Sequence record: OQ198717.1
Source of the DNA: Kehishuvirus sp. 'tikkala'
DNA length: 40,000 bases
Reading direction: 5' to 3' (one strand)
The position numbers and the translations under genes are program-made. How positions within the stretch are numbered: the stretch's first letter is position 1; each line of letters begins with the position of its first letter. Below are positions 9,869 through 19,652 of this stretch, one piece after another. A model generated the notes under the pieces. The model made no database searches. It worked only from the letters and a program-made list of their open reading frames with translations, and was not told where the DNA came from.

Positions 9869-10668
9869 GATATATAGGTCATTTGTACAACCTTATCAAG
9901 ATGCTCCAGAAGGTAATCATTCATAGCATCATTATTGAATGTAGAGGGAGTTGGCTTTTTAGGTCTTACTATAAACCTATCAGTCACATCAGCTACTATT
10001 ATCTCAGGTAATGGCTTAATTACTTGAGTAACAAAGCCATTTGAATTCCTTATAGTAGTATTAATGTCCTGAGCAGTAACTCCAATATTATTTGTATCTA
10101 CCATGATACCCTCCTGTACAAATGCAGGAATGACTGTCTTAATGATGCCTTTCTCAATCAGACCATTGCTTACAAAGACCTTTGGATTCACATAGATTCT
10201 ACCAGTTTTGTAGTGTAGAATCCTGTCCTCCATAACTCCATGAAGTGTGTACAGTATTAATAGGTTATAATCTTTGTCAAGGATATAACCATTACCACCA
10301 TAATATACCTCACCAGTGTTAGTTGTAATCTTTATAAGTCTGTCTCTTGTATCATTCATCTGGAATGTCTTGAAGATTGCATTTGCAGTTCTTCTTGATT
10401 GAGGATAACTATTCTCAAATAAAGCAACAGCCATTTCCTTTAAACTATTGGGCTGATTGTAGTTACTCAATAACCCTTCCTCAACCTTGTACTTACACAT
10501 TAATGGAACATCAATCTCTGGTCCACTAATATCTACTCTTAAGAATAGATTGAATACATTATTGTTTTCAAATGCAAGATTAGGTTTAATATAGTCTGGG
10601 AATTGAATAGCACCTCTACTCAGGAATATATCATGAAGTTGCCTGTTTAATTGTGCACTTATTGCCAT
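9865..10668 (-). CDS. ubiquitin-like cassette-associated protein (possible PRTRC-B-like, unproven)
   Basis: 267-aa ORF abutting the E1-like gene by a 1-nt overlap. HYKTGRIYVNPKVF is the only weak resemblance. Call rests mainly on position. Confidence 0.4.
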   Translation of the reverse strand: MAISAQLNRQLHDIFLSRGAIQFPDYIKPNLAFENNNVFNLFLRVDISGPEIDVPLMCKYKVEEGLLSNYNQPNSLKEMAVALFENSYPQSRRTANAIFKTFQMNDTRDRLIKITTNTGEVYYGGNGYILDKDYNLLILYTLHGVMEDRILHYKTGRIYVNPKVFVSNGLIEKGIIKTVIPAFVQEGIMVDTNNIGVTAQDINTTIRNSNGFVTQVIKPLPEIIVADVTDRFIVRPKKPTPSTFNNDAMNDYLLEHLDKVVQMTYIS

Positions 10669-11825
10669 TACATTTCTACTTTAAAGTACATTGTATCAGC
10701 AGAATATTGAGTCATAAAAGGTACATCCCTATCTATAATAGGGTTACATTCATTAGCCACAAAGTTTACAAACAGATTGACCATTACTGATGCAATCATA
10801 TTTGCCATGAATGTTGTCTGTTTGTAGCTACAGATAGTTTCATCTGCTACTGCATCACTAAACAACCATTTACTTCTGTACTCTCTCATAGCTCTTGTAT
10901 CATTACCTTGAATAGCAAAGACTTGAAATTCTTCTGCTGCCAACCTACCATCAATAAATAACATTTTACCTCTCTCTTCCTCAGGTTTGGACATTAGTCT
11001 ATCTTCCCAAGCATCAAAGAACAGTTTCCTTGCTTCCATGTTATCAAAGCCACAAATCATAATATCTGTAGCTTCACTTTCAGCAGTAAACCTTTCTTGA
11101 TATGCTACACTGTTATAGTAGTTTGCATATACTTGTAACATCCTATGAAGGGAGCTAACCTTTGCTTGTCCCAAGTCACCACTACCATACAATTGACCAG
11201 ACATATTAGCTTGTTCAACTATATCTGGGTCATATAAATATAATCCAGCAGGTTTCAGTCTTGCAAGTAGGAAACCAACATAACTTCCTATACCACCTAC
11301 ACCAGCTAATGTAATAGTCTTAGACTGAATGGCACTATACCAGATAGCTCCACTGAATCTACTTGTAGCTTCATCTACAAGCAAACTACCTGAATTAGGT
11401 GGAATCACTACTTCCTCAGCAGCTAATGCAGCTTCAAGTAATGCTTCTCCTTGTTCATCAATCTCTACAGGAGCATCCTCAGTATTTTGAGCATCATGCA
11501 ATAGATTAGACCCTTCCAATGTTACTATAAGAGTTATAGGAAGCATGGGAGTTTCTATACTCACTGCACCAATGGTTACTAAATAAGCACCACTTGCATG
11601 TTGCTCTTCATGAATAATTTCCCATTCACCCCTCTGTAACAGAGTAACTGCATGATTAATGTCACTCAAAGAGCTATATCTTATTTCCTCTTCTGGAGCA
11701 TAAGTACTACCTCCTATAATTGTAGCTTGATTGATGATGCCATCAGGATGTCCCAGACCTGCTGTTTCTGCATCTATAGTCATTTGACTTATAGCACTTT
11801 CTAATACTTCATCTTCCATAATCAA
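10668..11825 (-). CDS. ThiF/E1-like adenylyltransferase
   Basis: Rossmann motif ITLAGVGGIGSYVGFLLARL, YDPDIVEQANMSGQ, LGQAKVSSL, DIMICGFDNMEARKLFFD; downstream Cys in ADETICSYKQTT. Confidence 0.85.
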   Translation of the reverse strand: MIMEDEVLESAISQMTIDAETAGLGHPDGIINQATIIGGSTYAPEEEIRYSSLSDINHAVTLLQRGEWEIIHEEQHASGAYLVTIGAVSIETPMLPITLIVTLEGSNLLHDAQNTEDAPVEIDEQGEALLEAALAAEEVVIPPNSGSLLVDEATSRFSGAIWYSAIQSKTITLAGVGGIGSYVGFLLARLKPAGLYLYDPDIVEQANMSGQLYGSGDLGQAKVSSLHRMLQVYANYYNSVAYQERFTAESEATDIMICGFDNMEARKLFFDAWEDRLMSKPEEERGKMLFIDGRLAAEEFQVFAIQGNDTRAMREYRSKWLFSDAVADETICSYKQTTFMANMIASVMVNLFVNFVANECNPIIDRDVPFMTQYSADTMYFKVEM

Positions 11826-13063
11826 ATAATATAATCATCCATTAATTTGATATAAACACTTAACCAAGGATTCTTTGGTAATTTCTCAAGTTCTTCCCTT
11901 ACATCATGTGCCAGTAATGCAGCCATAGTGGAATCATCATTATTAACTGCTATCATGACATCTGCATCATAGGTATAATTAATAAGATAATCTACATAGT
12001 TTGATGCAAAGTATTCAAACTCTTTGACAGTTCCAAATCTCCTTCTATAAAGACTCTCCATAGAATTAGCCCACTTCTTAACATCAACTGCACTTTCATT
12101 TGAAATGATAATACTTGATGTAACAAGTTGCCTTACAATAGACTGGACTATATCTGCATCTACTGTTACAACACCATAAGGAATGTCCAGATTCTCTTCC
12201 TCAGGCTGGTCAAAAGGCAACTCACCTTGTTTAACAGGTAGTTGCTTAGCTTCATTAGCTTTATACCAGCCTCTTCCTTCTTCCCCATAGTATTTATCTT
12301 TATCCATAGGAAATGTACTCCCCACCTCCTTAGTTGGGGTAATGTTCTTTCCATAGTTACCATATTGGGGATAACCCTTATATACAGGAGTTACAACTTT
12401 CTTCTTAGACTCTTTGATTTCCTTGATTCTTTCCATCATTTCAGTCTCAAAGTCATCAGTTGCATTCTCAAATACTATATCCAAATTGAACCATTCAAGT
12501 TTCTCTTCTTCAATATCAAAGGTCTCTACTCCCTCTCTTACTTCACCATTCCAAGTAGGATAAGTGTATTTCTCAGATACAGTCTGTACACATTTGTACT
12601 TCCTTGTAACACCAGCGGTATATTTACCTGCATTATTCACAATCAAGGATACAAAGTGAGCCATATCATTACCTTCTGCACTTAGAGTAGCTGTATCAGT
12701 ACCACTAAAGAAAGTAGCCATGTTATTATGGCTATGGATTAATCCTTGATATATCCCCTCTTCCAATAATTCAGGATGGTCTACCATATATGTAGCCATA
12801 TCAGGAGATACATTGAACTCAGTATATGCACTTGTACCAATGTCCATTTGGAACAAATCCACACATCTGATAGTTAGGGATTTATCTTCAAAAGCTCCCT
12901 CAACTTTATAGAACAATACACCTGACCATTCTACATCCCAGATGTTCTTGCATAAAAATCTTATCTTTTTCTCAACCTCTGCTGGAATGACAATCTTAAA
13001 TATATCCTGTCTGTGGACTAACTCCAGCACTGGTTTCACTTCTTTCTTCTCTTCCATATCCAT
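11822..13063 (-). CDS. JAMM/JAB-domain isopeptidase-like protein with long C-terminal extension
   Basis: Complete JAMM signature: VEWSGVLFY followed by GLIHSHNNMATFFSGTD (HxH-x7-SxxD). Confidence 0.85.
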   Translation of the reverse strand: MDMEEKKEVKPVLELVHRQDIFKIVIPAEVEKKIRFLCKNIWDVEWSGVLFYKVEGAFEDKSLTIRCVDLFQMDIGTSAYTEFNVSPDMATYMVDHPELLEEGIYQGLIHSHNNMATFFSGTDTATLSAEGNDMAHFVSLIVNNAGKYTAGVTRKYKCVQTVSEKYTYPTWNGEVREGVETFDIEEEKLEWFNLDIVFENATDDFETEMMERIKEIKESKKKVVTPVYKGYPQYGNYGKNITPTKEVGSTFPMDKDKYYGEEGRGWYKANEAKQLPVKQGELPFDQPEEENLDIPYGVVTVDADIVQSIVRQLVTSSIIISNESAVDVKKWANSMESLYRRRFGTVKEFEYFASNYVDYLINYTYDADVMIAVNNDDSTMAALLAHDVREELEKLPKNPWLSVYIKLMDDYII

Positions 13064-14330
13064 AATTTAATATTCTCAACATGCTACAAACAATAGCTTC
13101 AATATATTGTAAATTCAGTATCCTTGTTCTATTGAGAGACTCCTCCTCTGAGGATAGTACTCCATCAATAGTCAAGGTAATTTCCCTACCTTTGAATGTA
13201 CAGATTTTCCTTCCTACATATCTCTGATAGTCATCACTACTATTCCTTCTTACTGGTTTCGGTATATAGACTTTACCATTGGTTATGATACATTCATTGA
13301 TAACCCCTATACTAACAAGGTCAGCATAACTAATATTAAAAGTATGCTTATTGTATTCAGTATTATACCAGCTAATAAATTCATTACTGATAAGAACCAC
13401 TGTATCAATGAAGGACATTCCTATCCCATAACTTCCATTACTATAGTTGAACCTAATCTTCTTAGTCTCCAGAAGGTATTTAATGAATAGCTTGAATTGC
13501 TCTCTTCCAAAGGCACTATTCCAAGGAACCTCACCTCTAAGGGATTGCATAGAGAATTTATCTTTAGCATCCCCCATCTCTGGTGCAGGAATATTCTCAA
13601 GTCTGTGGTGTGGAACTCCATCAATAGATTCTACTCTTACATACCTGTCAAGCTCCAGACATAATAACTGCCAAATAGCTTCATCATATCCTATAGCTAA
13701 TGTAGAAAGAGAAGAATTAATAGGTCCTCTACCAGTACAAGGTGTCTGGAAGTTCTCAAAGTTACTTCTTGGAATAGAAGATACATGACTGTGCATATAT
13801 CCATGCTTGAATTGGTTTAGTGGATAATTAGACCTGTTCACTCCAAAATATCCCTTACCCTTTCCCATCCAATTGAATGGAACTTTGAGCCATAACTCCT
13901 TAATATCCACATACTTATCAAACTCATTTGTAATCCTTACTGTAGGAAAATAAATAAGAATAAATAAGTCATTGAACATAGTATTAGCAATCTTCTCCTT
14001 TATTATTGGCAAGAAATATTTAGCTAATACAGAGTCACTTACAACAGTTTCATTATTAGCACCTTCTGCTGTCCAAAAGAGATTTACTAAGTCTCGGTCC
14101 TCTTTATTCATGTTTTGGTAAGCAGAAGAATCTACTATATTACTCCATTCCATGAATGTTCCCAAGGGGCTTCCACTAAGGTATGTATATAATTCATCCT
14201 CAGTAAGAAAACCCTGCATTTCTACTCTCCCCTCACCAAAGAAGTCTTGAAAGAACTGTAGGATTTGATTTGGTCTTTCCATGATACTATTATGTAGTTC
14301 ATGGACTTGTTTCTTTATTTCTTCGGTCAT
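12996..14330 (-). CDS. candidate E2-like protein of the ubiquitin-like cassette
   Basis: 444-aa ORF with FILIYFPTVRITNE...KVPFNW...NRSNYPLNQFKHGYMHSHVSSIPR...FQTPCTGRGPI: a His-rich segment followed by an isolated Cys, as in E2-fold active sites. Inference only. Confidence 0.5.
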   Translation of the reverse strand: MTEEIKKQVHELHNSIMERPNQILQFFQDFFGEGRVEMQGFLTEDELYTYLSGSPLGTFMEWSNIVDSSAYQNMNKEDRDLVNLFWTAEGANNETVVSDSVLAKYFLPIIKEKIANTMFNDLFILIYFPTVRITNEFDKYVDIKELWLKVPFNWMGKGKGYFGVNRSNYPLNQFKHGYMHSHVSSIPRSNFENFQTPCTGRGPINSSLSTLAIGYDEAIWQLLCLELDRYVRVESIDGVPHHRLENIPAPEMGDAKDKFSMQSLRGEVPWNSAFGREQFKLFIKYLLETKKIRFNYSNGSYGIGMSFIDTVVLISNEFISWYNTEYNKHTFNISYADLVSIGVINECIITNGKVYIPKPVRRNSSDDYQRYVGRKICTFKGREITLTIDGVLSSEEESLNRTRILNLQYIEAIVCSMLRILNYGYGREERSETSAGVSPQTGYI

Positions 14331-14337
14331 TGCATGA

Positions 14338-14380
14338 TAAAAAAAAAATGAGGGGGAAGGCTTATTCAGCCTCCTCCCTC
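14338..14380 (-). terminator. rho-independent terminator
   Basis: Minus-strand GAGGGAGGAGGCT-GAATA-AGCCTTCCCCCTC-ATTTTTTTTTT: 13-position stem with one mismatch and a U-tract. Confidence 0.85.
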
Positions 14381-14392
14381 ACTGGTTTCTAC

Positions 14393-15073
14393 TTAATGAA
14401 CAAAGTCAAACATCTTATTGATTTCAGACCTTGACATCTTTTCAGGTGCTTTGTAGATTGTACCTTTCAATACAGCCATAGCCCTGTTATAAGTATCTTC
14501 TTCCATGACATCACTGACATAGAGGTCTTCCAACAGAACTTCCAATGCACCCACAACATTACCCTCAGAAGTTGCAGTCACCACAGGTTTCTCTTCCTTT
14601 ACAGGCTCTTTTGCCACTTCTTTCTTTGCGGGTTTTTCTTTCACAACTTCTTTCTTCTCCTCTTTCACAGGAGCACCTTCACCCAACAGGTCAATCAAGT
14701 CCTGAGTTTTACACATAGTGAAGTTCTTTCCGAATCTTTTTACACATTCATCCTGCAAGCCTCTTGCCTTGATTGCATTGTAGGCTTCTGCCCTTGACAT
14801 AGCACCAGACTTGATTTTCTTCTCAGGTGCAGTAAGCAGGAATGTCAAATCATTTACTACCTGTCCCTTGTAAGGAATGTTGGTAGGAAGGATAGAAGCA
14901 TCATCTTTCAATTCTGCTCTCAAATGACCTTCAAAGAATGTCATTCCTTCATATTCAATACCTGCTTCTCTCATTTCTCTTTTCAACTCACCCAGTGTAG
15001 TTGCAGCAGATGCCTGAATAACTTTTTGAGACTGAGTTTTGTTGTTGATGATGGTTACTTTTCTAAATTCCAT
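14393..15073 (-). CDS. protein with N-terminal ubiquitin-like (beta-grasp, PRTRC-C-like) domain
   Basis: MEFRKVTIINNKTQSQKVIQASAATTLGELKREMREAGIEYEGMTFFEGHLRAELKDDASILP...NDLTFLLTAPEKK: beta-beta-alpha-beta pattern; followed by a low-complexity linker and a helical C-terminal domain. Confidence 0.6.
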   Translation of the reverse strand: MEFRKVTIINNKTQSQKVIQASAATTLGELKREMREAGIEYEGMTFFEGHLRAELKDDASILPTNIPYKGQVVNDLTFLLTAPEKKIKSGAMSRAEAYNAIKARGLQDECVKRFGKNFTMCKTQDLIDLLGEGAPVKEEKKEVVKEKPAKKEVAKEPVKEEKPVVTATSEGNVVGALEVLLEDLYVSDVMEEDTYNRAMAVLKGTIYKAPEKMSRSEINKMFDFVH

Positions 15074-15098
15074 GATTTTTTTTTTTAGTGATAAAACA

Positions 15099-16094
15099 TT
15101 ACCTATTAAATAGGCTTAAAATTATTTCTCTGAATTGTTCCTTGTCTCCTATTGTTTTATAGAGGTCTGAGACATCTTTTCCTCCTTCAAAATGTGGCAA
15201 TACTATATTAGTGAACCCAGTGGATGCTGATAGTTTCTCTCCATCTATGAGACCAGCTTTATCATTATCCAATAAGATAAATACTTCCTTGTATCTTCTT
15301 TTGAGTTCATTAACAGCAGTATCACTGATACCATAACCCTCTCCTTGAATGGCTATAGCTGGTATTCCAGTGTTTGCCCATAGACATAAAGCATCTTTCA
15401 TTGAGGAACAGATACATATCTTATCCCCAAATTCAGGTACTTTAGTCCATAAGCTAATTACTGACCTATCATGCCTATTGGACCACTTATATCCCTTCTG
15501 ATTGAATGGTTGATATATCTTTAAAGTGACTTTTCCTTCCTTATATTCTACATAAGCATAAGCATATTTATCTGCTGGAAAGACCATTCTGGTTTCTCCT
15601 TTTATGATTATTTTATAGGATATAGGATAAATGTCAGCATACTTCAACCACTCCAAGGTGATACCAAATGAAGCCCAATACTCAAGGTCATACTCTCTCC
15701 ATTCCCTTGTCTTACACTGTAAATCAAGGTTAGAACTGTACTCCTTAGTAGTGACAATCTTAGGTTTACCTAATGCACTATAGCCATTAGTCTTAGTAAT
15801 CTTGGATAAGTCCTCCCAAATATGTGCAAGCACATCATTGTAACTCTCCCCCCAATACTTACCTAATAAATCAAATGTTCCTCCTCTATCTTTTGTAGCC
15901 AAGTCTGTCCAATGTATCTTCTGACCATCTATGCTATAAAAACCAAAGGATGGATGGTTATCAGGTCTTAATGGACTTGATATAATACAGGGGACATTAC
16001 TTACCCCAAAATAATGGTTCAGAATATCTAATTCTGATACCTTTGATAAAATCTCTTCTAATCTGATATTAGGTTTACCAATACTAATAGCCAT
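15099..16094 (-). CDS. DnaG-type primase/TOPRIM protein
   Basis: SPLRPDNHPSFGFYSIDG..W.D; TOPRIM-like KICICSSMKDALCLWANTGIPAIAIQGEG...VFILLDNDKAG. Confidence 0.8.
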   Translation of the reverse strand: MAISIGKPNIRLEEILSKVSELDILNHYFGVSNVPCIISSPLRPDNHPSFGFYSIDGQKIHWTDLATKDRGGTFDLLGKYWGESYNDVLAHIWEDLSKITKTNGYSALGKPKIVTTKEYSSNLDLQCKTREWREYDLEYWASFGITLEWLKYADIYPISYKIIIKGETRMVFPADKYAYAYVEYKEGKVTLKIYQPFNQKGYKWSNRHDRSVISLWTKVPEFGDKICICSSMKDALCLWANTGIPAIAIQGEGYGISDTAVNELKRRYKEVFILLDNDKAGLIDGEKLSASTGFTNIVLPHFEGGKDVSDLYKTIGDKEQFREIILSLFNR

Positions 16095-16114
16095 AGTTCT
16101 AAATCTTTATGTTA

Positions 16115-17035
16115 TTAACCCCAAGGAGTTGTTGTAGGAGCTGTTGCTGCTCCTAATGGGTCATTGTCAGCAGTGGGTGCAGCAAATGAAGTAGCTTCCA
16201 CTACATTTTCATGCAAAGGTTGAGTAGAAAACTCAGTGCCCGGAGCACCACCTGCATTCTGAAACTCAGTGATTGCAGCATCAATCCTACTGTAATCTGT
16301 TACAGCATTCTTAGCAAACTTCCTTGTAAATACAGCCTGATACTGTCTTGTACCATTCTCATTATCTACAGTTCTGATACCTACTGCACCTTTAACTGTA
16401 TATGCAGCAGCAAGAGTAACAAGCTCTTTAAGCTCTTTTACATCACCCTTGAATAGAGCTGCCATATCAAGAGAAACCTCACTGTCAGAGGGGTCTTCCT
16501 TCATAATCCACTTACCATCTTTATAGTTGGCAGGATTAGGAATATTCAACCATTGAATAAGGAAGTCAATCAAGAATTCCTCACCTTGCCATGCAGGTCT
16601 GTAATCTGCACTAATATTGGCTGGTCCAGAAGTGTATTGTGGAATAGACTTGGACTGTACTTCTTCTTTTGTAGCCCATGCAGTTCTGCCAAACTTATCA
16701 ATAATCTGATATTTACCACTATTCTGACCAACTTTGTAATCCTTAGTAAGCATAAAGCTGATAGGAATAAGCAACTCAATGCCATTGTTCAACTTAGCAT
16801 CAGGAGCAGTCTTTGCATAGAATACTACCCTTACCTGTTCCTTACCTTCATCAGTTTTACCAACATATTCAGGGTCATTCTCAATCTCTCTACCTGTGAG
16901 AGCTTCCAATTCTGCCTTAGTAGGATTTACAGCTACAATATTGAATGCAGCCATACCTTTGTACATCTTGAAAGAACCTTCAACTGATTCTTTACCTACC
17001 TTAACAGCCATGAAACTTTTGTTTAAATTCTTCAT
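16115..17035 (-). CDS. possible single-stranded DNA-binding or replication accessory protein
   Basis: 306-aa ORF between primase and RecA-like genes; function inferred from position only. Confidence 0.3.
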   Translation of the reverse strand: MKNLNKSFMAVKVGKESVEGSFKMYKGMAAFNIVAVNPTKAELEALTGREIENDPEYVGKTDEGKEQVRVVFYAKTAPDAKLNNGIELLIPISFMLTKDYKVGQNSGKYQIIDKFGRTAWATKEEVQSKSIPQYTSGPANISADYRPAWQGEEFLIDFLIQWLNIPNPANYKDGKWIMKEDPSDSEVSLDMAALFKGDVKELKELVTLAAAYTVKGAVGIRTVDNENGTRQYQAVFTRKFAKNAVTDYSRIDAAITEFQNAGGAPGTEFSTQPLHENVVEATSFAAPTADNDPLGAATAPTTTPWG

Positions 17036-17059
17036 CTTAAATTACTGATTTTTTAGTGA

Positions 17060-17443
17060 TTAATCCTTAAAAGGCATTTCATCTGCCACTTCTCCAAATG
17101 GATTTGCAGGTGCTACCTCTTCTGCCAATGCAACTGCCTCAGATGCAGGTACTTCTACCTCTCCTACAGCTTCTTCTGAAACTTCCCCTTCTGGAGTTGC
17201 TTCTGTTGCTTCTGCTACTGCCATGATACCAGCAAGAACTTCCTCAGAAGTGAAACCACCAGTCATAGTCTTGATAGGAGCCTCAAAGCCTTCAATGGCT
17301 TCATTGATTACATTCAATTCTTCCTGTGCTTTCTCAATCTTCTCTACCAGTTTGTCCCTTTTGGTTCTCAAACTCTTAGTGTTTTGGGCTGTTCTTTTAA
17401 CAATAGCCAACTCAAATCTACTTAACTCTTTCATAATGTTCAA
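17060..17443 (-). CDS. hypothetical protein, coiled-coil N-terminus and acidic tail
   Basis: 127-aa ORF in a tight gene cluster. Confidence 0.6.
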   Translation of the reverse strand: MNIMKELSRFELAIVKRTAQNTKSLRTKRDKLVEKIEKAQEELNVINEAIEGFEAPIKTMTGGFTSEEVLAGIMAVAEATEATPEGEVSEEAVGEVEVPASEAVALAEEVAPANPFGEVADEMPFKD

Positions 17444-17733
17444 TTTATAAAAATTATTTGTCTTTGCCCTATTTCATTGGGCTTACTTTGAAGTTTATTT
17501 ATGGTGTATTTCTTTTCATAATACTCTAATGCCTCTATAAAGAAAGGCTCGAATATCCCTTGTTTCAAGAGAATAGTAATGAATACTGTTGTTTCATAAT
17601 AAGGTTTACTATGCTCCAAACAGTAATTCATTAATAGAATGTTTATGTCCATTTCAGTCAGTCCACCAAAGGCTACAAGCCTGCTAATCCTGACTACTTC
17701 ATCCCTACCCATAATATTCCTGTGCCTTCTCAA
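17440..17733 (-). CDS. hypothetical protein
   Basis: 97-aa ORF overlapping both neighbours. Confidence 0.55.
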   Translation of the reverse strand: MRRHRNIMGRDEVVRISRLVAFGGLTEMDINILLMNYCLEHSKPYYETTVFITILLKQGIFEPFFIEALEYYEKKYTINKLQSKPNEIGQRQIIFIN

Positions 17734-18412
17734 CTACAAGACCCAAATCATTGGGAATATATAGAGGAAACATACCAACAGGACTCTTTGCAGGATACAC
17801 TCCATCATCATTAGTGACAAATTCTCTGATGGATTTCTTCTCTTTAGAATCAAAAGAAGATTTACCATAAAGAACTACTTCAAACTTACCCTCAGGAGTA
17901 ATATAGGAATCAACCATGTTACCAGTACTCTTATATTTATAAGAGATACTATCACCATTCTTGTCTTTATACTCCTCATAGTGAGCAAGACAAATCATGT
18001 TCTTATTCTCTGGTACAAGATTGATTGCATCAAAGATTAATCCCATGCCATAACCAATCTGCTTAGGAGTGTCCCAACCACCTTTCATAGCATTCTTCAT
18101 ATAGAAATCCTGACTGATATAGTTCATATCATCAAGTACTATATTAGTGAAAGGAGAGTGAGGGCTGGCTAACATTTCAATGATTTGAGCAACTTCTTTT
18201 GCATCATTGGTTATAATTCTGTTACCCTTACCAATCTCTTTAAGAGTAGTAACTTGGTACTTACTTCCTCCACCTCTAAAAGGTAGGGGTTTATTCACAC
18301 AACTTATCAAATAAGTCACTTTAGGGTCTAACCCTTTCAATCCAAGTTCTGGTATCTCTCCAATAGAGGTTGACTTACCAAAACCTGACTTAGCTAAAAT
18401 CAATGCTTTCAT
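17705..18412 (-). CDS. P-loop ATPase, Sak4/RecA-like
   Basis: ALILAKSGFGKST Walker A, TNIVLDDMNYIS Walker B-like, NMICLAHYEE. Confidence 0.75.
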   Translation of the reverse strand: MKALILAKSGFGKSTSIGEIPELGLKGLDPKVTYLISCVNKPLPFRGGGSKYQVTTLKEIGKGNRIITNDAKEVAQIIEMLASPHSPFTNIVLDDMNYISQDFYMKNAMKGGWDTPKQIGYGMGLIFDAINLVPENKNMICLAHYEEYKDKNGDSISYKYKSTGNMVDSYITPEGKFEVVLYGKSSFDSKEKKSIREFVTNDDGVYPAKSPVGMFPLYIPNDLGLVVEKAQEYYG

Positions 18413-18428
18413 TCTTCTTATTTAAAAT

Positions 18429-19649
18429 TTAGTCTGCAAAGGTAATCAATTTAATCAACCTGTGCAAATTCATCTTCCACTTTCTTACTCTGGCTTTTCT
18501 TATAGAGACATTCATGAAAGTATAGTTAGTCCTCCTTCTTACAACTGTCTCAATATACTCAAGACATCTTTCCAGTTCAGGCTTGTTATTGGGTAGTGGA
18601 AGCTCAGTAAATGTACTCACTGCTCCATCAAAGAACAATGGACATATTTGACCTCCTGCTCCATTATCTCTATCCTCAATAACCTGCATAAACCTTATAT
18701 TGTTTTTGAATTTGGTCACATCATAACCTTCATATTCCCTTAGACCATACTTAAATGGACTATATAAACCAAGCACCAGATTTGCATCTCTGGTGGTAGT
18801 CTTACAATCTGCAAGACCATCTGATGAAGGCATCATCTTATTCAACTTCTGATTCTCAATTCCTTCCTGAGCCTGAGCTTGATGCTGGATTGCAGTGATA
18901 TTGAAATCAAACTGGTCTCTCTGAGTGATGAAATACTTACTCATCTTCTCAATAGTCTGCATTTTGTTCATACCACTTTCTGACATCAGATTTGAATAGT
19001 TGTCTAAGATAATTTCAACATATTCATCCTTGTCATCTGGTTCATAAAAGTCTATAACCTCTCTTTCCTCCTCAAGTCCAGCTTCATTCTTCATGATAAC
19101 CTTCTTGAAGTGGAACTTTCCTCTACTCAAAGCAAAATTCCTACAATACTTGTTGATTCCTGTAGGATTTCTCTCAGAGTCAATATAGATTATAGTCTCC
19201 TTGAACTTCTGAATATATGTTACATACCTTTCAGATGCAAGTAAGTCTAATATCTCTTGAGGAACTGGTCTATCAGCAGAAGTACTCTTCAAGTCAGTTG
19301 GACTTATTCTTATTCTATCAAGCCTGAATAACAGGTGACATAAGAATTCATAGAACTTTTCTTCCTTACCCATTTCAAGGGTAAAATAGAGTATCTTCAA
19401 CCTTAGTTGGTCAGGGTGCTCAATTGCATAGAAGAAGGGTTCATAAACAAGCATATAGTCAGCAAGTTTTGATTTACCAACCTTTTGATTTGCAGTAATA
19501 ATGTTATACCTTCTTTTCTCTATTCCGGGGAGCCACACTCTTAATCTTGGGAAAGACAATGGAATACAATTTATCTTGCCATCCAATATTCTCTGCCTTC
19601 GGAGTATTAACTTCTCCAGTGCCCTATCAAATGAATCCTTCTCTTCCAT
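18429..19649 (-). CDS. DnaB-like replicative helicase/ATPase
   Basis: NIITANQKVGKSKLADYM Walker A, ILYFTLEMGKEE, VEIILDNYSNL, NITAIQHQAQ, GLADCKTTTRDANLVLGL. Confidence 0.75.
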   Translation of the reverse strand: MEEKDSFDRALEKLILRRQRILDGKINCIPLSFPRLRVWLPGIEKRRYNIITANQKVGKSKLADYMLVYEPFFYAIEHPDQLRLKILYFTLEMGKEEKFYEFLCHLLFRLDRIRISPTDLKSTSADRPVPQEILDLLASERYVTYIQKFKETIIYIDSERNPTGINKYCRNFALSRGKFHFKKVIMKNEAGLEEEREVIDFYEPDDKDEYVEIILDNYSNLMSESGMNKMQTIEKMSKYFITQRDQFDFNITAIQHQAQAQEGIENQKLNKMMPSSDGLADCKTTTRDANLVLGLYSPFKYGLREYEGYDVTKFKNNIRFMQVIEDRDNGAGGQICPLFFDGAVSTFTELPLPNNKPELERCLEYIETVVRRRTNYTFMNVSIRKARVRKWKMNLHRLIKLITFAD

Positions 19650-19652
19650 AGC

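Noticed and set aside
12242-12685. 147-aa plus-strand ORF opposite the JAB gene
   Set aside because: Antisense to a strong JAMM-domain gene, with Ser/Ile/Phe-rich shadow composition and no plus-strand context.
12996-14330. Confident annotation as an E2 conjugating enzyme
   Set aside because: Only a His-rich/Cys motif resemblance is visible; without fold prediction it stays a candidate.
16553-16987. 144-aa plus-strand ORF
   Set aside because: Antisense to the 306-aa minus-strand gene; no recognisable motif.
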